From the NCBI GenBank assembly GCA_964391445.1, contig CAYMJZ010000001.1, positions 1 through 26,554 on the forward strand: 26,554 bases of DNA. Reading direction: 5' to 3'. A model generated the notes under the pieces. That model was not told where the DNA came from. It did not search any database and worked only from the letters and a program-made list of their open reading frames with translations. This DNA is from Candidatus Woesearchaeota archaeon (GTDB lineage: Archaea; Nanobdellota; Nanobdellia; Pacearchaeales; GW2011-AR1). Positions 1 through 8,451 of the stretch are shown piece after piece; position 1 is the first letter of the stretch; every line of letters starts with the position of its first letter. Both the position numbers and the translations under genes were made by a program.

Positions 1-59
1 ATTGAAGCTAAAATAATGGATAGGATTAGTGTTGAGCCAATGTAGAATTTTTTGTTCAT
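1..59 (-). CDS. 5' end of a secreted/membrane protein (runs off the window start)
   Basis: ATG at 59..57 shares one base with the TAA of the upstream gene (TAATG). It reads MNKKFYIGSTLILSIILAS, a basic N-terminus plus hydrophobic stretch typical of a signal peptide. Not in the ORF track. Confidence 0.7.
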   Translation of the reverse strand, partial: MNKKFYIGSTLILSIILAS

Positions 60-958
60 TAACACTTACCTCCAATCATTAATCCAGCCTTATCAAAATA
101 AGAATTGAAATTAAGTTCTATACTATTAAATAATGGATCAGAATAAGACTCTCCTACAGCAAGACTTATTTTATCATTACCTTCATCAAACAATATTTCA
201 ATACTTACTATCCCTCCACTCTCTCCTTTAATCATATTTACTTTGGTTCCACTTACTAGTTCATTTCCAACGATAGCCTCTTTTCCATCTTGCAAACTAA
301 TTCTTCTATCATTAGAGATAAGATAAAGATCTGAATCGGTAGATTCACTGCCAATTATATACTCTTTTCCAAGAAGTTTTAGAACCTGTCCTTGAAGATT
401 TTTATTAGAAAAGTCCATATCTTGTGAGAAATATATAACATACTTGTAAAGGAAATCATCAGAATTTTGGGTTTTTATTAAGGTCTTTCCATCTTCATTA
501 ACTAATTTCCTATTCCCAATGTAGAGCATTTGAGCGTATTTGTATTCGAAAGGTTCATCATTAATTAATTCGATAAGCGAACCATCGGCAAGTAAATGTG
601 GAAGTAAGGTTTCAGTAAAAACTTCTCTCTGCATATTTATTGAGTTTCCAATAAATAAAGGTCTAGACATAGGAGCAAGGGCTATATCTTTGCATATATC
701 AATAGATTCCTTTGGAACACAAGCAGTCTTTATGCATTCATAATCCTCGGAACATTGAGAATCTTGCAAGCATTCCAAGTTAAGTCCAATTTTAGCTTTT
801 TCTAAATATGCTGAATCGATAGGTGTAGAAGTATAACTTATGACTTTGGTTTGAGAAAGTCCTAATTGTGCAATAATTATCAAAGATATAACTATTATTG
901 GCACAGCTAGTAAAGCTGTTCTCTTTTGATTCTTTTTAGTTTTAGAACTTTGTCGCAT
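59..958 (-). CDS. Membrane-anchored S-layer-like protein with a small Cys-rich module
   Basis: N-terminal TM helix and a 4-Cys module CLQDSQCSEDYECIKTAC. Segments LPHLLADG..YKYAQMLYIG, LKLLGKEYIIG and GESYSDPLFNSIELNF resemble archaeal S-layer protein segments as I recall them. Confidence 0.55.
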   Translation of the reverse strand: MRQSSKTKKNQKRTALLAVPIIVISLIIIAQLGLSQTKVISYTSTPIDSAYLEKAKIGLNLECLQDSQCSEDYECIKTACVPKESIDICKDIALAPMSRPLFIGNSINMQREVFTETLLPHLLADGSLIELINDEPFEYKYAQMLYIGNRKLVNEDGKTLIKTQNSDDFLYKYVIYFSQDMDFSNKNLQGQVLKLLGKEYIIGSESTDSDLYLISNDRRISLQDGKEAIVGNELVSGTKVNMIKGESGGIVSIEILFDEGNDKISLAVGESYSDPLFNSIELNFNSYFDKAGLMIGGKC

Positions 959-2486
959 TTATGAAATTCTCCACTTGACTAGTAATTTGAACAGAACTTA
1001 ACGAAGTATTCTGCCATATATTGACAATTCTTAATAATGAACTCATATTTATGGTAGTTTCTCCAGTATTATAGAAGTTAAATGCCCAAGTTTGATTATT
1101 CTTTATTGTCGCCTTATCAAAGCTACCTCTAAAATGTTGACCGTTTTCAGCTACAATATAGATCTTCTGATTACTGGAAACAGGATTATTTGGTAAAGAG
1201 TTATTGATTCCTATTGCAATAGCAGCACTCGCAGATCCATAATTAATTGTTAGCGAAGGTCTTTGACTTGGAGTTGGATGATCTCTCGCTGAAATTATTA
1301 TAGGAACTAGCAAATCGGTAGATAAACCAGTACTAAACCTCTTAGACCCATACAAAGACGAATTTAAACTGTTTAATGCTTGTTGGTTAAATGAAAGATT
1401 ATAAGAAGTATTAGCAACTGAACCTAGCAAATTAAGGTTTGAGTAAACAGTCCCATTAGCCATATCATTGTAAAATTGCTCATTTTCGGTCTGGTTATCA
1501 ATCCATTGACTACTATTCTTTTCTATATGAGTAATATTAATGTAATTAGAAGCGTTGGTACTTTCTATAAACAAGGTAAGATTAACTCCTATTATAGTAG
1601 CCACGTCTGATAAATTAACCAAATCAAATCTCCAGTCAATATCCCCTCGAGCTGCACCATTTCCTGGAATCCTGCCAAGTTGCAAAGTTGTTGGATTACT
1701 AAATCTAAATGGACCAATAGCATCATCATCAAAATCATAGCCAACCTTACCATTCCAAGCAATAGAAGAATTTCCTAGTACAAAACTCGGATCTATAACT
1801 AAAGGATAAACAAGCCCAGATCGATTCAAGAAAGACTGGGGGATAGTTAAAGAAACTTGATTACCAGAGAACGTATATTCTAGGTTCTTACAAATACCAC
1901 TATTATCACAGATAAAGGGGTCATCTAAACTAACTGAGTTACCTGTCAGATCAAAGATGGCATCTAAACTATGTTGAGAAATATTTTGTTTAATTATTAT
2001 TTCCCCTTTAAGTCTGTGAGGAAGATACTGATATCGCAAGTCAACGTTTGAGATTACATTTGGATAAGTAATGATGCTTCCGTCAATTATAGGGAGAGAT
2101 AAAGAAGTTACCGAAGTGTTTGCAAAACTTGACATTTGCTGAGTGAATTGTCCCTGATGTGAAGAAACCTCTAAGCGTCCATTGGAACCAGCAACAGCGT
2201 TGTAGTAATAGTCATTTGTACAAAAATCATTTCCGCAAGTGTGCCAATTCTCGTCTATTTCTTCCCATTCACCATCTCTGTTGAAGTATCTGTCATAGGA
2301 GAAAAAAGTAGTGATGCAGTTTGCACCAGTACAATAAGTCTCAAAATTACTTCCTTTGTTAACTAGCTGGTTTTCACCTGGAATTGTAGAATTAGTTCCC
2401 GGATTTGATATTTGAGCAGTTGTAAAAAAGATGAAAACAGATAGAAAGAGAAGAGATACTAAACCGAGAATCACCTTCTTGAGCAT
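942..2486 (-). CDS. Secreted surface protein, DNRLRE/CBM96-like domain
   Basis: Signal/TM N-terminus; rich in Asn/Ser/Thr with many N-x-S/T sequons. Motifs YPLVIDPS, IIGVNLTLFI and S.....RPSLTINY are typical of DNRLRE-domain surface proteins. TATA-like CTTATATA at 2514..2507. Confidence 0.55.
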   Translation of the reverse strand: MLKKVILGLVSLLFLSVFIFFTTAQISNPGTNSTIPGENQLVNKGSNFETYCTGANCITTFFSYDRYFNRDGEWEEIDENWHTCGNDFCTNDYYYNAVAGSNGRLEVSSHQGQFTQQMSSFANTSVTSLSLPIIDGSIITYPNVISNVDLRYQYLPHRLKGEIIIKQNISQHSLDAIFDLTGNSVSLDDPFICDNSGICKNLEYTFSGNQVSLTIPQSFLNRSGLVYPLVIDPSFVLGNSSIAWNGKVGYDFDDDAIGPFRFSNPTTLQLGRIPGNGAARGDIDWRFDLVNLSDVATIIGVNLTLFIESTNASNYINITHIEKNSSQWIDNQTENEQFYNDMANGTVYSNLNLLGSVANTSYNLSFNQQALNSLNSSLYGSKRFSTGLSTDLLVPIIISARDHPTPSQRPSLTINYGSASAAIAIGINNSLPNNPVSSNQKIYIVAENGQHFRGSFDKATIKNNQTWAFNFYNTGETTINMSSLLRIVNIWQNTSLSSVQITSQVENFINATKF

Positions 2487-2629
2487 AGCAATAGATGAAT
2501 TTCTTCTATATAAGGGTTGTGTTTATCCAACAACAGATTTTCTGGATAACCTATTCTTTGATAAATCCATCAAAATATTATTGATAAAATAATAAAAACA
2601 ATTAAAAAGGCTTATTTGTCAGAATTTTC

Positions 2630-3274
2630 ATGAACAGAAATTTGTTCTTAGATTATGGCGAACTTCTTTTCGCTTATCGTTTCAACCCAGCTACTCTTAG
2701 TAGGGCTCATCAACTAATGTTGCCTCAATTAGGAAGAGATTTTAGATTAGAAGATTTATCCACTGCACATAACCAAGCCATCCAAACTTATCTAAGAGCT
2801 AGGAAATCAGGCCAAGAATGGACAATGGAAAGAATTATGAGGCTATTCTTAGTTAATTTAGGAGTTAGGGATGAATCTCTTGTTGAAAAAGCAGTAAATA
2901 ATTACAAACTACATGACCATGATGAATTTCCATTACCAGGAATACCTCAATTAGTTCCTGAACTAACAAGAGACTTTTCATTACATATAGTTTCCAATCT
3001 TCCACATAATTCGCCTTTGAATACATTGACCAAATATGGTTTATCAGGACATTTCGCAACCACTACATTTTCCTATGAAGCAGGATTTAGAAAACCAAGA
3101 CCTGAGATATACCAGTTAGCATTACAAAGAGCAGGGTGCAGACCTGAAAGTGGAATATTCATTTCTCATGATCAAGAAGAGGTAGATGGAGCCAAAAGAG
3201 TTGGTATGCAAGCTTATCTTGCAACTAACGCGGATGAAATCCGAGGAGTTCTCCATGAAAATCCTGTACACTAA
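2630..3274 (+). CDS. HAD-superfamily hydrolase (subfamily IA-like phosphatase)
   Basis: Motif I FLDYGELL, motif II IVSN, motif III GFRKPRPEIY, and a degenerate motif IV FISHDQEEVDGAKRVGM. Confidence 0.85.
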   Translation: MNRNLFLDYGELLFAYRFNPATLSRAHQLMLPQLGRDFRLEDLSTAHNQAIQTYLRARKSGQEWTMERIMRLFLVNLGVRDESLVEKAVNNYKLHDHDEFPLPGIPQLVPELTRDFSLHIVSNLPHNSPLNTLTKYGLSGHFATTTFSYEAGFRKPRPEIYQLALQRAGCRPESGIFISHDQEEVDGAKRVGMQAYLATNADEIRGVLHENPVH

Positions 3275-4361
3275 TATCAGCCCAATTACTAATGCTTATA
3301 CAAATATTAATCATCTATTCTATCTAAAAAACCAAAAGCCTCAGAAAGTTTACTTGTGCATCTGGGACAATTATTTCTTTGAAAACACTATATTAGATCA
3401 ACATGATGAAAATTCTAAGAAAGAAACTCTAGAAAATAATGTAAAACTGCTGCAAAAAGTGATGGATCACTTAAGTATCAATTATAGAATCATTTACTTG
3501 TCAGATATGTGGCATAGACTTTTCAAAAACCCTAAAACTGCCAAAATTTACCAAAAAATCTTATCTTTAATCAATTTGGAACAATTAAGCAAAGGTTTTC
3601 TAATGAATTACACTCCATTTGGAGAAATAAGTCTATCAAAAATAAATTACATAATCGTAGATTACCTTGTATCAATTTATTTGCAAGAAATAGCACCTGA
3701 ACTATGCAATAGTCAGCCAACCCATTACTTAACCTCTGAAAGGTTCAAGGTTTTCAAAAGAGATATAGACCATGTCCTTAAACTAAATTCAATCTATTCT
3801 CCACCACTTCCGCTTTTTATTACAAAGGTACCAGTAATAATGCATCAAAAACAAAAGATTATCCCTTCTATGGGAATGTCAGTTGAAACAATTAAGCAGA
3901 TAATAGATTCAAATTATGCAGGCAAACTGCCAGAAAGAAAAGAAATTGAAGATTTGCTGGAAGTCTTATCAGAAGTAAATAGTAAAGTAGAATTAAGTGA
4001 AAAGTTAAGATATAACCAATTTATAGAAGCCTTAGCTAATGAGTTTTACACTTATTTCGAAAAGATTAATGATATAGCAGCAAAAGTCGAGATAAAGAAT
4101 CAGAAAAAGAGCATGTTTGTTTCAAAACATGAAGAATTTAACAAACAAATTAAACCTCTGAACAAAATAAAACTTGAGATACTAAAATTATGTGATGGGG
4201 AAAATACCAGCCTGGATATTTCTAAGAAGAGTGGGATAAAATTAAGCACTGTCTCAACTTATCTAACTCATCTAAAGAATAAAGGGTTACTTGATGAAGG
4301 CAAGAAACCTAAGAGATCGGTAGATAGCATCGTAATAAATTTGGAGTTGATGGGAGATTAA
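3255..4361 (+). CDS. Degenerate class Ic aminoacyl-tRNA synthetase (TyrRS-like) fold fused to a C-terminal ArsR-like winged helix; putative regulator
   Basis: Start moved to ATG 3255 (SD GAGGAG at 3243-3248), giving 368 aa. The N-terminal ~220 aa align by eye with archaeal TyrRS (see findings). The C-terminus LEILKLCDGENTSLDISKKSGIKLSTVSTYLTHLKNKGLL is a clear wHTH. Confidence 0.65.
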   Translation: MKILYTNISPITNAYTNINHLFYLKNQKPQKVYLCIWDNYFFENTILDQHDENSKKETLENNVKLLQKVMDHLSINYRIIYLSDMWHRLFKNPKTAKIYQKILSLINLEQLSKGFLMNYTPFGEISLSKINYIIVDYLVSIYLQEIAPELCNSQPTHYLTSERFKVFKRDIDHVLKLNSIYSPPLPLFITKVPVIMHQKQKIIPSMGMSVETIKQIIDSNYAGKLPERKEIEDLLEVLSEVNSKVELSEKLRYNQFIEALANEFYTYFEKINDIAAKVEIKNQKKSMFVSKHEEFNKQIKPLNKIKLEILKLCDGENTSLDISKKSGIKLSTVSTYLTHLKNKGLLDEGKKPKRSVDSIVINLELMGD

Positions 4362-4362
4362 A

Positions 4363-5619
4363 ATGACAGATCTAGTATTAATTAACAGTCCATTACAAAG
4401 ATATGAAAGAGCGAATAAGCCTTATTATTTTACAACTGCTCCAATAGGTTTAGGATATTTAGCTACCGTAGCCAGAAAACTTGGTTATCAAGCAGAAATA
4501 GTAGATGCGGAAGCAGAAAAACTGAGCCCAGATGAGATAGTAGAAAGAGTATCTGCAACAAACCCAAAGAGAGTAGGAATTAACATATTTTCAACTAATC
4601 ATCAATTATCTTTAGGAATATTAGATCAAATTGAAGCTCCTGTTAAGTTAGTCGGAGGACCACAAGCTACTTTACAACCAGAAAGAGTCAAGGGAGATTA
4701 TACTGTTGTTACAGGAGAAGCAGAAGAAGCTTTACCAAACCTCTTAAGAGACAATCCGAAAGGGATAGTTCATGGAGGAATAGTTCACGATCTTGATAGA
4801 TTACCTTTTGTAGATAGAGGTTTGTTCTCAAACGATCCTTACAGTACAAAAGGAGGCAAAGAAGCTTCCATGAGTACTGCAAGAGGATGTAGATTTAGTT
4901 GTGCTTATTGCTCTGTCCCTACAATTAATGGAAGAAAGATGAGGGCAAGATCTGTAGATAATGTTCTTGATGAAATAGAAGTTTTACAGCAAGGTGGAGT
5001 AAGAAGAATACATTTTATTGATGACTTATTCAATTATTCCAAAGATAGGGTCAGAGAATTCGCAGAAGGTCTTCAAAGAAGGGAAGTTAGGGTAGGTTGG
5101 CGAGCTTTATGCAGAACAGATAATCTTGATGAAAAATTACTTGAAGAAATGAAAGCAGCAGGTTGTTACAAACTTGCATTTGGAGTAGAGTCAGCAACAT
5201 CTAGGATATTGAAGTATATTGGAAAAAGTCAAGATACAGATCATACTAAAGCAGTTTTCAGAAAGTGTAAGGAATTAGGAATTGAAAGCAAAGGTTTCTT
5301 TACAATTGGATATCCTACTGAAACAAAAGATGAAATTGAGGAAACTATAAGGTTTGCTTTGGATCTTGAAGCTTCTGATGCAAGATTTATGGTGGTTAGA
5401 GCATTTCCAGAGACTAGATTATATGCAGATATGTTGGCAAAAGGATTTACCCATGAACAATTAGACACATACCATCAGTTTGAAACAGGTGGAGAACATG
5501 TTAAATACCATGTTATGAATATACATTCATTAAATGGAATGCCTATGGAAGAGCTAGATGAGTATGTCCGAAAAGCATATGAACGGTTCAATCTTCAACA
5601 AAAAGGAGTTGCAAAATGA
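4363..5619 (+). CDS. B12-binding-domain radical SAM protein (class B methylase-like)
   Basis: CxxxCxxC motif in TARGCRFSCAYC. N-terminal cobalamin-binding-like segment PIGLGYLA..IVDA..VGGPQAT, plus FIDDLF and FGVESAT motifs. Confidence 0.92.
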   Translation: MTDLVLINSPLQRYERANKPYYFTTAPIGLGYLATVARKLGYQAEIVDAEAEKLSPDEIVERVSATNPKRVGINIFSTNHQLSLGILDQIEAPVKLVGGPQATLQPERVKGDYTVVTGEAEEALPNLLRDNPKGIVHGGIVHDLDRLPFVDRGLFSNDPYSTKGGKEASMSTARGCRFSCAYCSVPTINGRKMRARSVDNVLDEIEVLQQGGVRRIHFIDDLFNYSKDRVREFAEGLQRREVRVGWRALCRTDNLDEKLLEEMKAAGCYKLAFGVESATSRILKYIGKSQDTDHTKAVFRKCKELGIESKGFFTIGYPTETKDEIEETIRFALDLEASDARFMVVRAFPETRLYADMLAKGFTHEQLDTYHQFETGGEHVKYHVMNIHSLNGMPMEELDEYVRKAYERFNLQQKGVAK

Positions 5620-6023
5620 AAATATATGTGGCCTATAAGTTGAGCGGAGTAGATTTCACAATTTTAAAGAAACGTCTAGAAGAAGTTTCTAAGATCATAG
5701 AAGAACTTGGGCATAAAAGCTTCATTTTTGTAAGAGATATACAACAATGGAAACCAGGAGGAATGGAACCTAAAGAAATAATGAAAAAAGCATTTGATCA
5801 AATGAAGAAGTGTGATGCAATTATCTCAATAATAGAGACTCAAGAAAAAGGAGAGGGTCTATTAATAGAAAGCGGAATGATGAAAGGATTGGGCAAGAAA
5901 GTTATTGTAGCATCAGGTCCTGAGGGAAGAGGATTTATGCTTAAAGGTATGGCCGATGAGTCTTTTGACTTCAAAGAGATTGATGAATTTAAGAAAAAAT
6001 TGGCAAAAATACTAAAGAATTAG
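5616..6023 (+). CDS. Nucleoside 2-deoxyribosyltransferase / nucleotide N-glycosidase-like protein
   Basis: KIYVAY start, CDAIISII, and GLLIESGMMKGLGKKVIV containing the family catalytic Glu pattern (G..xExG.a.a.gKpv). ATGA overlap with the radical SAM gene and SD AAGGAG upstream. Confidence 0.75.
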   Translation: MKIYVAYKLSGVDFTILKKRLEEVSKIIEELGHKSFIFVRDIQQWKPGGMEPKEIMKKAFDQMKKCDAIISIIETQEKGEGLLIESGMMKGLGKKVIVASGPEGRGFMLKGMADESFDFKEIDEFKKKLAKILKN

Positions 6024-6077
6024 TTTTGATGAATTCGTGAAGCCAGCATTAATATAAAATAAATATCTTAATCTTAT

Positions 6078-6374
6078 ATGAAAAGCACAGAAAAACAAAT
6101 CCGTGAAGATGTGCTCTCTTATCTTCAACCAAAAAACACTCTTCAAATAAAAGGAAGGTTGTGTTATAAAGAAAGGGTGGGGGCTTGGAATATACTTCAT
6201 TTAAGAAAGGAGATACTTACATTATTTCCAGAATTAAGACAAAAACGTCAAAACTTTGGATACGCGATGTATTACTCAAGAGATTCTAAAGAAACAAAGA
6301 AAATGTTGGAGCAGTTAGAAAAACAAGGAGTAGTACCTATTATTCTTTTATTGGGCAGAGTTAAAGAAAATTAA
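6078..6374 (+). CDS. Hypothetical protein (98 aa)
   Basis: Open frame with TTAATATA at 6049-6056 (-29..-22). No family recognised; only a faint AbrB-like look. Confidence 0.6.
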   Translation: MKSTEKQIREDVLSYLQPKNTLQIKGRLCYKERVGAWNILHLRKEILTLFPELRQKRQNFGYAMYYSRDSKETKKMLEQLEKQGVVPIILLLGRVKEN

Positions 6375-6410
6375 GACATGATTTATAAATAAGTTAAAAC
6401 CACTAATTAT

Positions 6411-6548
6411 ATGGAAGGGTTAGCTAAATGTGAAGGATGCGGAAAATTAGTTTCTGAAGATAAAATTGATCGCTATGGTGAATGTAATGACTGTAGGGCT
6501 TCGGATAGAGCCGGAGAAATGACTGTTGGAGACTTAGGTGGTAAATAA
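6411..6548 (+). CDS. 45-aa zinc-finger microprotein (CxxC-x14-CxxC)
   Basis: MEGLAKCEGCGKLVSEDKIDRYGECNDCRASDRAGEMTVGDLGGK*, with TTTATAAA at 6382-6389 (-29..-22). Below the ORF-track length cutoff. Confidence 0.75.
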   Translation: MEGLAKCEGCGKLVSEDKIDRYGECNDCRASDRAGEMTVGDLGGK

Positions 6549-6601
6549 TAAAGAAACCTATAGATATATAAGTTTAGGGACATACATTGTCTTAGAGGTG
6601 A

Positions 6602-7780
6602 ATGATGGAATCTGTTTCAATTAATATATTGGAAAACACTCAGTTAGCTCATTCTCAGTTTAAAGAAGAAAAAAGTCTAGCTTGGAAAGAATTGCCTAAA
6701 AATGCCAACAAACTCCATACTATTTGTAGTTATATGGCTATGTTTCCCCCTTCAGTACCAAATCATTTTATTAGAAAATATTCAAAACCAGGGGATTTTG
6801 TTTTAGATGTATTTTCTGGTAGAGGCACTACTGTTTTAGAAGCTTGTGTAGAAGGAAGAATAGGAATAGGCAATGATAAAAGCCCATTAGCATTTCTTTT
6901 AACAAAGGCTAAAGTAAATGTTCCGTTAAAATCTACTATAATTCGTAGAATTAATGAACTTCAAAGAAATTTTATGAAAGTATCAGAACAAATCGATATA
7001 GCTAATGAAGAAGAAAATATAAAAATGATCTTCCATGATTATACTTTAAAACAATTAGTTTTTTTGAAGAAAGAATTAGACTGGAAGAAAAATAGCGTTG
7101 ATGCATTTATAACGGCTTTAGTGGAAGGGATAATTCATGGAGGTTCTGAAGGTTATCTATCTTTAAGTATGCCTAATACTTTCTCCATGTCCCCCAATTA
7201 TGTAAAAAATTATATCTCAGATAAAAAATTAATAAAACCTAAAAGAGAAACTTTTGATTTGCTCTTAAGAAAACTTGAAAGGTGTTACCAAAGGCCTTGG
7301 CAAAAAGGAATATCTTATAGAAGTGATGCAAGAAAAATCACAAAAATTGAAGATTCCTGTATAGACCTTATAATTACTTCTCCGCCTTATCTTAGAGTTA
7401 TAAAATATGGGCAATATAATTGGATAAGAGTCTGGTTTTTAGGAGAGAATTGTAAAAAGGTAGACCAAAGCTTGTTTTTCTCCCAATCTTTAGATAAATA
7501 CTGTAATTTTATGAAAGAAGTTTTAAAAGAAATGCAAAGAGTCCTGAAACCTAATAGTAAAGCTGTCTTAGTTATAGGGGATGTAAGAAATAAATTTGGA
7601 GATCATATAGAAAATTTGGCCGAACAAGTATGGGAAAGATGCGCTAAACCTCTTGGATTTAATTTAGTAGAACCAATTATTGAGGATATTATAAGTGATA
7701 ACGAAAAAGTATCTAAAATATGGGGCAAAAAACGTGGAAATGCAACAAAAATAGATAGAGTCTTAATAATTGAAAAGTAA
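6602..7780 (+). CDS. Site-specific DNA amino-methyltransferase (alpha motif order, SPPY; probably N4-cytosine)
   Basis: SAM-binding motif I VLDVFSGRGTT lies N-terminal, then a long variable region, then catalytic motif IV DLIITSPPY. SD GAGGTGA at 6595-6601, so the second ATG (6605) may be the true start. Confidence 0.9.
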   Translation: MMESVSINILENTQLAHSQFKEEKSLAWKELPKNANKLHTICSYMAMFPPSVPNHFIRKYSKPGDFVLDVFSGRGTTVLEACVEGRIGIGNDKSPLAFLLTKAKVNVPLKSTIIRRINELQRNFMKVSEQIDIANEEENIKMIFHDYTLKQLVFLKKELDWKKNSVDAFITALVEGIIHGGSEGYLSLSMPNTFSMSPNYVKNYISDKKLIKPKRETFDLLLRKLERCYQRPWQKGISYRSDARKITKIEDSCIDLIITSPPYLRVIKYGQYNWIRVWFLGENCKKVDQSLFFSQSLDKYCNFMKEVLKEMQRVLKPNSKAVLVIGDVRNKFGDHIENLAEQVWERCAKPLGFNLVEPIIEDIISDNEKVSKIWGKKRGNATKIDRVLIIEK

Positions 7781-7782
7781 AT

Positions 7783-8451
7783 CTATCTTTTATTATGTCT
7801 TATTGCATCAAATTGAGACTTAAACTTTTCTTCTAGAATTTTAATAAAAGTTCTTAACTCAATTATTCTCTCCTTTGTAATTGGTTTATTTTGAGAAGAC
7901 TTTCCCCTTATTAGGGATTCTGCATTGTTTTCTTTTAAATAATTTAAAGATTCTTCTACTATATTATTTATGTAATTTAATATCTTATTAAGGGTTCCAA
8001 AATCATATTTGTTTAATTTTAGAAAAGATGCTACATCTAACCAGTTATCAGGTAATGACTTATTTAAAAAATAAGTTTCAAAAATAGGATTTTTAACATA
8101 GACTGAGATCGCCTCATATAAATTAACATTTCTCTTTTCTGATTGGCTTATATCTAAGAGAGACTTTGCCTTAACAAGTCCTAATTGAGTTATTTTATAA
8201 TGATTTGGTCTAGTCCTTTCGATCCAACCCTTACTTACTATCTTTTGTGTCCCCCTAGCCATAACTTCATTCATGACTCTTTTATGATCTGGATATTCTT
8301 CATGGCCTTGGAGACCCCATCTATTTTTATTTAATTTCCAAGCTTCAACTGTTAAATCCCATTCAGTGAATTCTTTAAGAGAATCAGTAGATAATCTGAA
8401 AGCTGCTAACAAGACCTCTTCAGTAGAGCTTAGACTTGTTTTAATATTCAT
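7783..8451 (-). CDS. Winged-helix domain protein with helical C-terminus
   Basis: wHTH-type ending VSKGWIERTRPNHYKITQLG. Overlaps the GHKL gene by 11 bp and converges on the MTase with a 2-bp gap. Confidence 0.65.
   Translation of the reverse strand: MNIKTSLSSTEEVLLAAFRLSTDSLKEFTEWDLTVEAWKLNKNRWGLQGHEEYPDHKRVMNEVMARGTQKIVSKGWIERTRPNHYKITQLGLVKAKSLLDISQSEKRNVNLYEAISVYVKNPIFETYFLNKSLPDNWLDVASFLKLNKYDFGTLNKILNYINNIVEESLNYLKENNAESLIRGKSSQNKPITKERIIELRTFIKILEEKFKSQFDAIRHNKR

Noticed and set aside
2523-2549. DnaA-box-like TTATCCA pair suggesting a replication origin
   Set aside because: The context is archaeal, the 9-mer matches are imperfect, and there are no ORB elements or cdc6/dnaA gene nearby.
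3186-3254. ORF-track N-terminal extension of the TyrRS-like gene
   Set aside because: It would overlap the HAD gene by 89 bp. ATG 3255 has an SD (GAGGAG) and matches the start of the TyrRS-like first strand.
6579-6591. GACA-N5-TGTC upstream of the MTase as a C-protein box
   Set aside because: Only 4-bp arms, differs from the GACT-N3-AGTC consensus, and no C-protein gene is adjacent.
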